Shown here: one piece after another, positions 14,421 to 26,059 of the stretch
How the letters are laid out: each line of letters begins with the position of its first letter
Numbering within the stretch: position 1 is the first letter of the stretch
Origin: Azolla caroliniana
Lineage: Eukaryota > Plantae > Polypodiophyta
Direction: 5' to 3'
Assembly (NCBI GenBank): GCA_043228905.1
Contig: JBHGNT010000003.1
Span: 25,854,001 to 25,918,000 of the forward strand
Length of the DNA stretch: 64,000 bases
Made by a program: the position numbers and the translations under genes
The notes under the pieces: model-generated
What the model saw: the letters and a program-made list of their open reading frames with translations, nothing else
Databases searched by the model: none
Told to the model about the DNA's origin: nothing

Positions 14421-15649
14421 TGTGGAGGTTGAATGCATGACCTTGTGGTCTCCGTCGGACCATCGTACATTCCATACATATGAGTCATGGTCAGCCCCCC
14501 CTCCCCCAATGTAGAAAATGAACCCAAATATTTTGGAAAGAGTTTGAAAGCTAAACTTTTACTATTATTGAATCTAACTGACCAATAATCATCTAGCAAG
14601 GACTCTCTACCTGATCATCTATTTGTTGGTTGTTATTCGACGATATGAATGCTAGGTATAAAATGGAGGTGATGATTCCTCTCCAAACAATCTGAGCACA
14701 TTTTAAATATTGTTGCCATTTAGCTCAAACAATTTACGGGCTTTTAGGTATAAAGATTTGGACATTTCAAGATATTGAATAAAAAAACCTCATCTCACTC
14801 TTATAGCCAATGAAGTCAAAACCCATAACAACTTCAATTGTGGATGATCTAATATCAACTACTAGTAATGTGTCATCAAAGGGGCATTCTCTTGTATTCC
14901 GTGGTTGTGTTTCGCTCTATATTCCTATCTTGTGATACTCAACTCAAAAGCTTTTTTGGGGGGAAGGAAGCAGTGACATTTAAGGGTCAAAGAATTGCCA
15001 ACATACCTCCCCAAACTTGAATCAATCCAAAATGGTTGTTACTATTATACATTAAGTTTCTATCTTGAGTGTTTAAGCTTTGTTTTGTGTACTTAAGTTT
15101 CCCTCTTAATCAATAAGAGCGTGTTGTCATTTTGCACATGCTTTCCATTGTTTTATCAAGTTTAGGAGTGAGGTTAGGACGACAATTCACCTAGTGAGCT
15201 AGCTCACCTCCATGGCCCAACAGAGAGTGGCTAACACCCTCTCTTACCCATCTTGCAAACGTTGACGATCAATTTGTCACAAAAGTTTGATGGTACATAG
15301 TCTCAAACATCAAGAAAATAGACTATGTTTGTATTGTGGCGGTTCAAGCACAAATAGATCAAGTAAGTGCCTGTTTCTAGTTGTATGGTCATTTATAGTA
15401 ATCTCAACCCAATCTAATAATTTCACAACCCTAAGGCAACACAAAATTGGAGCCATTTGGTTCGAAAATCCAAAAAATGTAGAGTTACTCCCTAATACTA
15501 GTTCTATTTCATCGATTTGTGTTAGTAAAGTTTTTGTTACACGAGTCAAGGTTTGTACATGTAGGTGTCATCGAGTCCTTGTCTTTGCTCTCTTTCATTC
15601 ATGAGCCCATTCTCATTTCATGAATTCAGAATTATCCTCGACATTACAA

Positions 15650-18600
15650 ATCCTCTCAAATAAGCCCATCATCTAGCCTATGTAGTATTCATTCGTGGAT
15701 GCTCCATCGCATTGCAATATATAGTTCGTGTGATACTTGGTAATTTGGCATGTGCAAACTTCATAATATCAAGATTGAGTGGAGAAATGGGGCACAAATA
15801 CGTGGCATTTCATAGGAAAGCTACTTTTTGCATTCAATACATCTTTATGCTCTTCAATTTCATAAATGCACCAACAAATTTCCAATGTATGGAAATGAAA
15901 TTTTATGATACTTATTAGACATATTCACCATTATTAGAGTCTAGATGACATATGGACCTACTCAAAGACTCAAGATGGGCATGATATGGATGTTCATCAA
16001 GTCCTAAGATGGTTACTACAATAATAAGTCCTCCATGCCAAATATCAAGAAATGTAGTTTCGACTATAATCATGTAGAGTTATTGGAGTAGATGGTCTTG
16101 ATATAACTTCGGGTATATGGTCGTTATGAAAGGTATATATGGACTCGCTCACACACACCATATTCAATGCATAATGTTTGTTATTTTTAGTGATTTGCTA
16201 ATTTCTACTACAAAATCATCAAGGATTGCTTGAACATTGGTTTGCCTTTCATAGAACTTACACATAAGAACCGATCATTTACATGGACCAAAGCGAAATT
16301 GAAGCGTTTGACCACTTAAAGCACACATTTACTTCAGTCCTAATTTTGGTTCATGGTAATCGGTCGAAATATTTCGTCGTTGAAGCAAATGCATCTAATT
16401 TTTCATTGGGACTTATTATATCACATAATAGAGGTGATGGGAAGTTGCATCCTATAACTTTTCATTCACCTAAATTTGAAGTTGCAAAAAACGAATATGA
16501 TATCCATGACAAAGAGCTTATAGCCATTGTCAACTTGTTTGAACAATGACATAATCTCTTAAAGGGTTTTTCCCACTAGGTCATTTTCTACAATGATCGC
16601 AATAACCTCATGTAGTTTTGGAATGCTCAACACTTTAGTTGATGTCAAGCTCCTTAGGCATGGTTTTTTATATGTTTTGATTTCTCAATCAAGTACCGCA
16701 ATGAGATACAACAGGGAAGGGTGTACACTCTATCTCGATGATCCTACATGGCACTTTATAAGGGATCAACCTGCATTTAACCACAAAAAGCAAGCACTTT
16801 TGGGTCCTAATTGGCTACGAATGTTGGCAATTAAAGTACATATGTTCAAACCTTCTATTTTCAAGTTGTGTAAATGTAAGTACATATGTAGTCACACATT
16901 AAATCATATTGTTCTAAATTGTGCTAGAATTATCATAATGATTATGATCAATTTTGTTGGCATGATGGCACGCTCTTTTGGAAAGGTTATGTTCTCAAGG
17001 GCTCTTCTTGATTACAAAATTGCAATATTATTGCCATGACAATGTACACACTAATGGCTCGACACTTTGGACTCAACTTAAATTTTTTGTTGACTACTAT
17101 ATATTCCACTTGTCATGTATATTGACATCATCCTTGTGGATTATTATAATTGATTGTGATGGAAAGCGTATATGGAAATCTATTTCCTCAAATTTCATTA
17201 GTGCCCTCCCATCTTCAAATGGATTTGATGACATTCACATAGTAATAATATTTATTCACTAATATGACTCGTTTCCTTCCATGCACGAAGATTATACGCA
17301 ATAAGGAGACCATTGATCTAGATATATAGGTTGTATACATTCTAACATCCATCGTGTTGGAAGCCGAAAAAAAACAACAACAATCTCAATCATTACGGGG
17401 AAGGGGGTATATTTTATCTCAGAGAACAGAGGTAATAACTTGTATTAACTTAGTGATTGATCAATCTTATATTTATTTATTTATCCCAAAAAAACACTAA
17501 TTTGAATTAGTTAGCAAAAAATACAACAAAGTTCAATCAATAAGATCCACAAGGACTCCTTAGAAGGATTGATGTATACAACAACAACAAATTCAACAAA
17601 ACTCACGTTGTCCTGCCCTCCACGACTCTGGACACAATCTCCACCCCCTCATTTGCAACCGCCTTAACCCACCTACTTTTATAGAGCCATTGGCGGAAAC
17701 AACCATTTGGGTGCTTGGTAGTTCCATTTAGGCCATGTCGAAGATTTGACCATCATAGGAGAACCACCCCATTTCAACAAAACCTTTGCCCTTGCCATTT
17801 CTACTTCTTCCGAATCCCCTTGAATCAAGTCATACCATCCATGCACCCAATTACCAATTTGAACCATATATTTAGCAACACCTCACTGCTTGGGAGCTTT
17901 TGTTGTTGAAAAACAAACCTACAACGTCGGCTGGTCTGGTTTTGAATAACCAAGGATCACTTCCAGTCGGGACAATATCTTCCTTTAGAAGCTGCTTAAT
18001 ACCATCTACCAAGGATTGAATAATCCCTAAGGGGCTGATCCAAATGTGCTAGACTGATAAATACGCCACCATCAACCATATCTCCTCAAAAAAATCAGAG
18101 TTTGTGTTAGGTCTCACCCTAGCACATTGGAACACGCTGCCACCCTGCAATATAAATCCGCGACCATGTGGGTTTAACTCTTCCGCCCATCCTTCCCCTG
18201 TTAACTTTAGACCTTCTAAGGACCCCCACACAACTTTCCCATCCACACCGCAAGCTGCCACAATCACGAGACTTCTACCCCAAATGCTAATCGCCTCCGC
18301 ACAATTCCAAAAACATAATAACCAAACAAGTTAATGTGCAAATTATATATACTTCTAAGCTTTTTGACTACAATTACTACCACTCTAGGTATCAAAACCC
18401 ATCAACCAATATTGACAAACATGAATCAAGTTATCTGAACGAGAAGTCTTGATAGTTCTTATAATTATTTATAGTGATATTCATACATTGGAGCAATATC
18501 ATTGTTGCTTCATCAATTACAACAAGATGAATGACTCAGTTTCTCATAATTTACTAACAATACTTAAATTCATTCTTCCATCGAGATTATACTCCATTCT

Positions 18601-19000
18601 TGGCATACACATATCATCGTTCTTATTGGACAATGCTTTAGCTCGTAAAGTCTCTACAAATCTAGATTATGAATATCGTCCAGTTCAATCACAAAGGGAT
18701 TCAATGAGAGATTTCACATGATTTATGCAACATCAATACTTCACACAAACTACTTGCAAATTGGAATATTCTAAACTCCTTAGTGAATGAGAGAAACTAA
18801 TTTCCAAGTTGCTAATCTTGTCTAATAATGGGACAACCACCAAGCCACGTGATGAGTTAGATTATCAACGACGTGGTCCATTCTTGATGCTTGGGTATAT
18901 CAATGGTGTTGTGTTTTGTTTGGATCTCTCTTCATATATCCATATCCATATGGTGTTCCATGTATCAATAACCATATTTGTGTTCTTATCATCCACTTCA
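15650..19000 (+). mobile_element. Heavily decayed Ty3/Gypsy (chromovirus-like) pol remnant: RT, RNase H, integrase; interrupted by a LINE fragment
   Basis: Fragmentary frames: RT-like MLFNFINAPTNFQ; RNase H FVVEANASNFSLGLII...LHPITFHS...YDIHDKELIAIVNLFEQ (16283-16549); integrase start WKSISSNFISALPSSNGFD; integrase C-terminus LDYQRRGPF...IHMVFHVS (18809-19003). Many stops and frameshifts; no LTRs resolved. Confidence 0.75.
17470..18335 (-). mobile_element. L1-like LINE ORF2 3' fragment inserted in the Gypsy remnant
   Basis: Reverse frame FFEEIWLMVAYLSV*HIWIS resembles the L1 ORF2 C-terminal W-x-IW-x-x-R region (compare 43975-44056); the segment splits the integrase remnant. Confidence 0.45.
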
Positions 19001-20544
19001 TAGTAAATGTTGTTCTAAAATTCTTTAGAAATTTATATGTTATTTCTTACAAGATTATCCCATCCTTATTAAGACATGCATACTTAAAGTATTGCATTAC
19101 ATATATAGTTCATTAGTTGTCAACTCAATAAATGCTAACATAAATATACAAGATTATAATATATTCACTGCACTTGACTTAATCATTTAAGTTACTTGAT
19201 ATTTCCAAAGAGTGCCGAGTCATCGCCCTTATCTTGCCATAGTCACGATAACATTGCAAGAGCATAATAGTAAAGCAAATAATAATAAGCTTTGTGTGAC
19301 TACTTTAGAGTTTATTTAAAAAATAAGAGACCACATGCTTCATCTCTATGTGAATGATTTATTAGCAAGATGAGCAAAATGACAACCCTTTAAGTTCAAG
19401 GAGTTTTATAAGTTGGAAGAAGGATCATGGCATTTCATTGTTAAATGAGCATCCCAAGTAGCTAAAGTTTAGATATCCTTATTTGAAGTTGGTTTCCAAT
19501 CTATGAGTAAAGTAGTATCGCATTTCAACAAATATAGGAGTATGCACTTGATGTGAAAGTGCATGTAGAAGTAATACTTTTCACGAGCAATATCTCCATT
19601 TCTTCTTGAAAATTGTAGCAAAAGCCCATGTTAGAGACAAATATAACGAGAATAAGAGATTGCAATTATAATAAGGTAATAAGTGCCCTTATCATTAGAC
19701 ACAGACACATAATATGATTCACCCGATTAGTAGCATGAGCTTTAATAAAGAGTGATAAAGGATAGATTTTAATTACTAGTAGATGTTGTTGACCAATTAG
19801 CATCTCTTTTGTCTTTCCAAATTGAATGAGGACATATTGGGGAGATGGTGTGCAATTATAGAAAATAAGGGATTGATTGAGGACATTGGGGGAGGGGAGA
19901 TGATGCATACTCATAGAAAATAAAAGAAATGTAGCCGAAAATTTCTACAAAACTTTAACAAACGTCCCAACATCTTCAAAGTTGTTGGCGCAACACATTG
20001 TAAATAACACAAGATAGAGGGTCCTTGAGAGTGTTTTGTAAACGAAAAGTGAAATAAATAGTTGTTCCACACTCCAACTTGAGCCCACAACATCAACATC
20101 AACCTCGCCAAAGTGTTCTCATTAATTAGGCTTCACAGTTCCTTTGTTCCTTTGTTCCAATACAAAACAAGGGGCAACTGAAACCGCCTGGTTTTTTCCT
20201 TCTGGGTTAGCACAAAAATCCGGGAAATAGGATTGGAAAGTCACATCAATCAACGGAAATATCTTCTTTTTTTCTTTCCCAAAAATTGGCCCCACAAATG
20301 GATAAGATAAGTCTAGAAGAAAAAGAAGGATCTAGTCATCTTCCACTCCCTTCCATAAATAGGACCGAGGCTTTGCCATCTTTCTAATCCAAGTTGTGTC
20401 TGGCTTGTTTGTAACCAGCAATCTTCTTATAACATCACTTAATATCTAAGAAGGGCTCAATTTTTAGTTGTCATCAAGTTCTAGGTCGAGGGATAGAAGA
20501 AACCTCCAAAGTGAAATTTTTATCTTTGTTCTTTAGTTGATCCA

Positions 20545-22551
20545 ATGGGTCTTCTTGATAAGCTTTGGGATGATGTTGTGGCGGGCCCGATGCCCGATCG
20601 GGGATTGGGTCGCTTGCGAAGGCCTGGTGGACATCATCACCACCATCAGGATGGCGATCATGATGGAGGTAGTAAAATCGTGGCCAACGTTGGATAGTAG
20701 GTTATTATGGTCATTGGAAATTTGTCAAATGTAACGAATAAATTTGATGAGCATCCTTTGACTAGGTTAATAAATATTACGCAAACTAATTTCATGATCT
20801 TTATAGGCAGTTAGTGATTAGTAGCCTTGACTTGGTTGGATGATAGTGTGTGACACCAATTTTAATGGTTAATGGAACCAAATTGGTTGTTAGGTGTATT
20901 TGATAGATAGTTACATATTTCATTTCTTCTAAGTAGTTTAGAATTAATTGACGAGTTTGATCGTTATATGTAACGGATGTCTGGTTGCTTCTGTGGGTAA
21001 TTGACAACTATTAACTAATCTGAGCGTGTCTTAAATAATAGAGTAATATGGGGCCCGAACAGAAGTGCATGGAACTGAACTGTACTAAGTGAATGCTTGT
21101 ATGGCTAATGTGTTTCGTCTATGTAACTTGCCATAGTAATTTTCTTTTTGTCTTTCCTTGATTTACTATATTAGCTCTGTGCCACTGCCTCGTTCTTGTC
21201 ACCTTGATTTTTGTGGCTTTGTGTCGGTAATATCTCGGACTATTTGTCATTAAACGGCTTATGTGGTTCACCGCTGAAGTGTTCGGTTCATGTAATTAAT
21301 TGTAGATAATGATTTGGGGCGGATGTTAGAGAGGAGGCGAAGCAGTGATTTTCGCGCAGAGGAGGAAGAAGCTCGTCGAATGGCAGAGCAAATCATGAAC
21401 CCCACATCTGCCATTAAGAAGCCACCCAACTTGAAGCTTTTACGAACCGAGTCTTTTCCATCAGATCAAACACAAGGCATGAGCGAATCTGCATCATCCA
21501 CTCCCCGAAGCCCTGGGAGTTCATCAGCTGGTGATCATCTTAAGCCTTCCATGCCCAAATGGGTCCAATTTAGTCTGTCAAAAATGGTTTCATAGAAAAA
21601 AATTCCATATCTCTGTTCGTCAGTTTTGTTTATGTGATTTATACATCAGTTCTATATGGAATTTGTGTGATTTTATACATCAGTTCAATATAGAATCTAT
21701 GTAGCTAGTATCTTGTTGCTTTACAACATTAAGTATACGTGATTGAGATTATCACGTCTCTTAATGAAACATATCTTGTTTTTGCTTGGAGTAGGGAGCA
21801 CCCCACATAGTGCAGAACGATTGAATGTGTGGCGTAGCGTTTTCAACCCAGGAAGTAACAAGGCAATGGAGAAGATCGGGTCAGACAAATTTGACAAAGC
21901 TCAACCCAACTCCCCCACTGTTTATGATTGGTACATACCTTCGTTAATTTGCAATATACTTGGTTAACCTTTTCTGCTGTGTATAGTTTTAGATAGGAAG
22001 AGTATCTTATGATTAGGGTCATTCTTTGGAAGTAAGGGAAGTTGGGTCATTTCAATTCATTAAAACTTAGTCATGGGGTTTCTACTAGGTATGTGCTAGC
22101 AAATCCTTAATTGCATATATACATATTTTATGTTGCACGGGTTTATGTAATAGATAGTTCAAAGTCAACCCCGACCTTGCTGGGTTGGGTTCACTAGATG
22201 AATAAATATCTTAAGACAATAGATATGTATATTAGTTGGATTTGGGCACCCTTTTGCCTCCACCACCACTAGTGTTGCTCTAAGCGAATTTAGTTGTCCA
22301 GTTTTTATCGAGAATAGTCTAGAGTTGCTTCCAATGAAGCAATATTTATCGAGCACACTCTGAAGGTGCTTCCAATGAAGCAAACGTAGAACCATAGTTC
22401 AATGTGTACATATACTCTTTTCTATATTGCACAATTCAATGTCATGTAAATTCAATTTCACTTCATTCATTTGATTTGGCTTTCAACTCTTCTCTATTTT
22501 ATTTTGTTGTGTAGGCTTTACAGTGGAGAAACAAAATCTAGTTGGCGTTAA
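20545..22551 (+). CDS. DRM1: Dormancy-associated / auxin-repressed protein (DRM1/ARP family), 4 coding exons
   Basis: Exons 20545-20668, 21306-21530, 21795-21930, 22515-22551 (TAA). N-terminus MGLLDKLWDDVVAGPMPDRGLGRLR, central S/P/T-rich region and C-terminus NVWRSVFNPGSN...FDKAQPNSPTVYDWLYSGETKS are the family signature. Symbol given at family level. Confidence 0.93.
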
Positions 22552-22659
22552 GTCATATGAAAGATGGTGAATGCTGGTGGCTCAACTTGTTGTGCATGAC
22601 ACCTTCATCGTTTTTCTTTGCACATGTGTATATAGACAAGAGCGCGAAGTGTGCAACTT

Positions 22660-23230
22660 GTTACTTTTTGGGTTTTTGGATGCTATATATATTGAGGGTT
22701 TTCTTGTTGGGATCAATGCTCAAGATTGCTCATTCTTTTCTTGACCAATGTATATGATCCCTCTTTTTAAATCGTCGATGTATGTGTTTTTTGATGTAAT
22801 ATATTGGTAAGATAGAAGCAACTTGGTTTTGTGAAGATACTCAGTTAAGCCTTTTTCTATTGATCCATGTATATTTCAAATCATCAATGTATTTGAATGG
22901 TTTTTGCTATAATATTAATGTGGGCATGTTGTGAGTTTGATTTCTGCAGTTCTATTGATGCTCTTTCTATTGTTCTATGTATATTTCAAATCATCAATGT
23001 GTGCATATATGATCCCTCTTTTCAAATTCATTGTGCAGACTTTCTCCCTCAATGCTTCTTTATGTTTCCTTCATCCAAGGAAGTTCTCAACGTATATACT
23101 TCTCAATGTATATGATCTCTCTTTTTTCAATTTCGATGTGGTCATCCAAGTAAATTCCTCACCTCAGCGTATATGATCCATCGTTTCAAATCATCAATTT
23201 ATGCGAATGGTTTTTGTCATAATATTAGAT
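22660..23230. repeat. Degenerate short tandem repeats downstream of DRM1
   Basis: Recurrent caatgtatatgatcc.tct / ttcaaatcatcaatg motifs (e.g. ~22746, 22875, 22985, 23104, 23170). Confidence 0.6.
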
Positions 23231-24059
23231 GGACACATATAATATTCAGTTGTATAGAGGATTATGCACTTCTTGGTTATTTATGTGTATGTGTTCCATC
23301 TGGAGCTTCTTTTTTTAGTAGTTTTTGTGCGGGAATCCGTCTTTGTTTAGAGTATTTTGGCACTTTTTTAACTTTTTGCTAGAACATTTGGGTTTGTTAG
23401 GTCCCAACTTCAAAAGACCTATCAAGGCCTAGAAACAAAAAATCTTTGGCTAGTGTGGATTGTTGGAACGAATAGGAGTTATTTTTTGCATGGATTGAAT
23501 GTGCTTATAAACTCTCATTTGTGTAAAGCGTATAAATGGTTCCAAAAGGTTCCTATAGTTTAAATGCTCAAGAGAGCTAGGGAGTTTTCTCCTTGACATA
23601 TGTGGATATGATTGTGGTTATAAACTTCATTTATGTGAAGTGTACAAATGCTCAAATGTGTACATAAAAATGCCTCACACAATAATGTATGTTCCTAGTG
23701 TAAATAATATTGGGAAGATCTAACATAGTATTAGATTATTGGTCCTAGATTGCTCGTGTATTTGTTTTAATGATAGAAGTACACACGGGGATCATGAAAT
23801 TGATATATTTCAATCTTTTTCTAATTTTGATAGATGGAAGTCTCTCACACATGTATTGTTATGTGAGCGGTATCGATATAAAAGGCTTTAGCTTCTCGAA
23901 TGCAACTAGTGAGATGACGAGCTTTGTTTACATTATGTGAGTGTCGTTCTATCTTGAAATAATATGCTTTGTACACTTTGTGTGTGAGCATGTGAGTGGT
24001 GGGGCCACCTCCTTGATAGGTGTTGTGCCTTATGGGATCTTAGGATTATGGCTTGATGG

Positions 24060-24490
24060 TAGTGCAAACCATCCAACCTCATCATTACCCTATGCTCACA
24101 TATAGAGCTAAACATATACAATTCGTTCAAAGCTTAAAATATCTTGGTATTGATGTACCCACCCGAAAAAAAGGGAGTGCATGCTTTGATTCTAGGCTTC
24201 AAGCCAATTGGAAATCATATTACCTTTTGGAGAACAATGCAACTAAAGTGATACTTGTGGATGGGAAGTAAAACTAATGTTATTCAATGCCATGGTAACT
24301 CGAGTATTGCTTTATGGAGTAGAAGTATGGGGTGACACCATCTCTCTTAATGCATGGAATGAGATTGAGACCATTCAAAATATGTTTTTAAGGAGGCAAT
24401 TAGGAGTTAAATGCACTACCTCTTGCGAGGTTATGCTCTTGGAAAGAGGTGTTTGACCCATTGAAATATTGGCACTCCAAACATTGCAAA
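24060..24490 (+). mobile_element. Non-LTR retrotransposon (RTE-like LINE) RT C-terminal remnant
   Basis: Frames give HIQFVQSLKYLGIDV then LFNAMVTRVLLYGVEVWG...IETIQNMFLRRQLGVK, matching the KYLG and LLYG-E-W motifs at the end of the LINE RT domain; frameshifted and with stops. Confidence 0.7.
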
Positions 24491-25092
24491 GAAGAAGTGA
24501 TAACTTAAGTGCCATACTTAAGACACCACCTAGAAGGTTGAGCTCATATGTGTATGCTTTATTCACACAGAGACTTTGTGCTTCAATGTATGAATACCCC
24601 TTCTTAGGAAGGAGACACATATCAAGAACACATGTATCACATGTATACTCTGGTCCCATAGGTCAAGACTAGCCTCTTTGTGGACGATAAAAAATTCTAA
24701 AGCCAATTCTCCTCCTAGTGCCCAAACTTATGTAATATGTTTCACTCCATAAAGCAGTGTTCTCTAATTCTTCACATTTTATTATGAGTTTTCACATCTC
24801 GAGAACTTTCACATTTTATTATGAGTTTTATTATGCATTCTTCATTGCTTAAGTGGAGTTGCAAACTTGAACGAACCATCATTGCCACACAAAATTGTCA
24901 ATTTGTCACACAAGTTTATGATTTGATCCATTGGAAAGGGGGAAATTCCGAGGGGGTGTTGATATCTGAACTAACAATGTTGAAATATGTGAGTTCCCGC
25001 GAAGCTTTCAAAGAGGGGTAGCCTGGTGTGTAAGCACAACAATGAACTGCGAACCTGTCGGACAACCTATCTCGAGAAAGTGACTTCTCTCT

Positions 25093-25480
25093 AGCGCCGA
25101 TACGATCGAAGTGGTAAACCGTGAACCTGCCTCAGATTGCGGAAAGAATTGAATGCTGGAATTTCGAAATTCCGTTGGTAAAATTCAGAAGGAAACAACC
25201 AAAGTGACCGAAAGCAAACAAGGATGCCACAAACTTATGCCCAAGTCCCACCTCAAGCCTTGTATACACAAAAAAAAATGCCCCACAGCGCCGATACGAT
25301 CGAAGTGGTAAACCGTGAACCTGCCTCAGATTGCGGAAAGAATTGAATGCTGGAATTTCGAAATTCCGTTGGTAAAATTCAGAAGGAAACAACCAAAGTG
25401 ACCGAAAGCAAACAAGGATGCCACAAACTTATGCCCAAGTCCCACCTCAAGCCTTGTATACACAAAAAAAAATGCCCCAC
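25093..25480. repeat. Perfect 194-bp tandem duplication (25093-25286 / 25287-25480)
   Basis: Both copies read identical by eye, including the A9 run; each contains the 16-bp palindrome GGAATTTCGAAATTCC. Confidence 0.92.
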
Positions 25481-26059
25481 ATGAAACACAATGATACTTC
25501 ACATCGCTATAATAGGAAACTCCAACATTAAGCCCAAAAGAAACACTTCGATTATTGGATGGCACCATCACAATATATAGGGCAATGTGTAGTACACATG
25601 ATGCCTCGACCAACAACCAAGCTCCATCTTCGATCAACTTATGATGGCTATCATCAACGTGTGTCTAAATTGAGCATTGTATCGATGTGGTCATGTAACC
25701 AGTCAGGTCACACACGCAAACATGAAGAAGTGATTCTTAGATAACCCAATATGTACATACATCTCCTCCCGAGTCCTCACCCACGTAACAACTAGTACTA
25801 ACAATGAAGAGGTTCTGATTCATCATCCATCATCGGAAATCCATGTGGAGTAGCATGCTGTAGTAAAGTAAGCCTGGCATGATGAGGGTATTTGAAATGC
25901 GCCGAGTGAAGCGCAATGATGGATCATGGCACTAAGCTAAAGCCCTAAAACCTTATCTCGTTGAAGGGTTCATTCATCAGCAACCAAATTCGCGTGTACA
26001 AGAAGACGGAGAAGAAGGAAGAACACGATCAGAGAAAGATAGAAGGAAAAGAATAGGAA

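Noticed and set aside
25158-25173. GGAATTTCGAAATTCC as a heat-shock element
   Set aside because: The GAA/TTC spacing does not fit nGAAnnTTCn; kept only as a palindrome.
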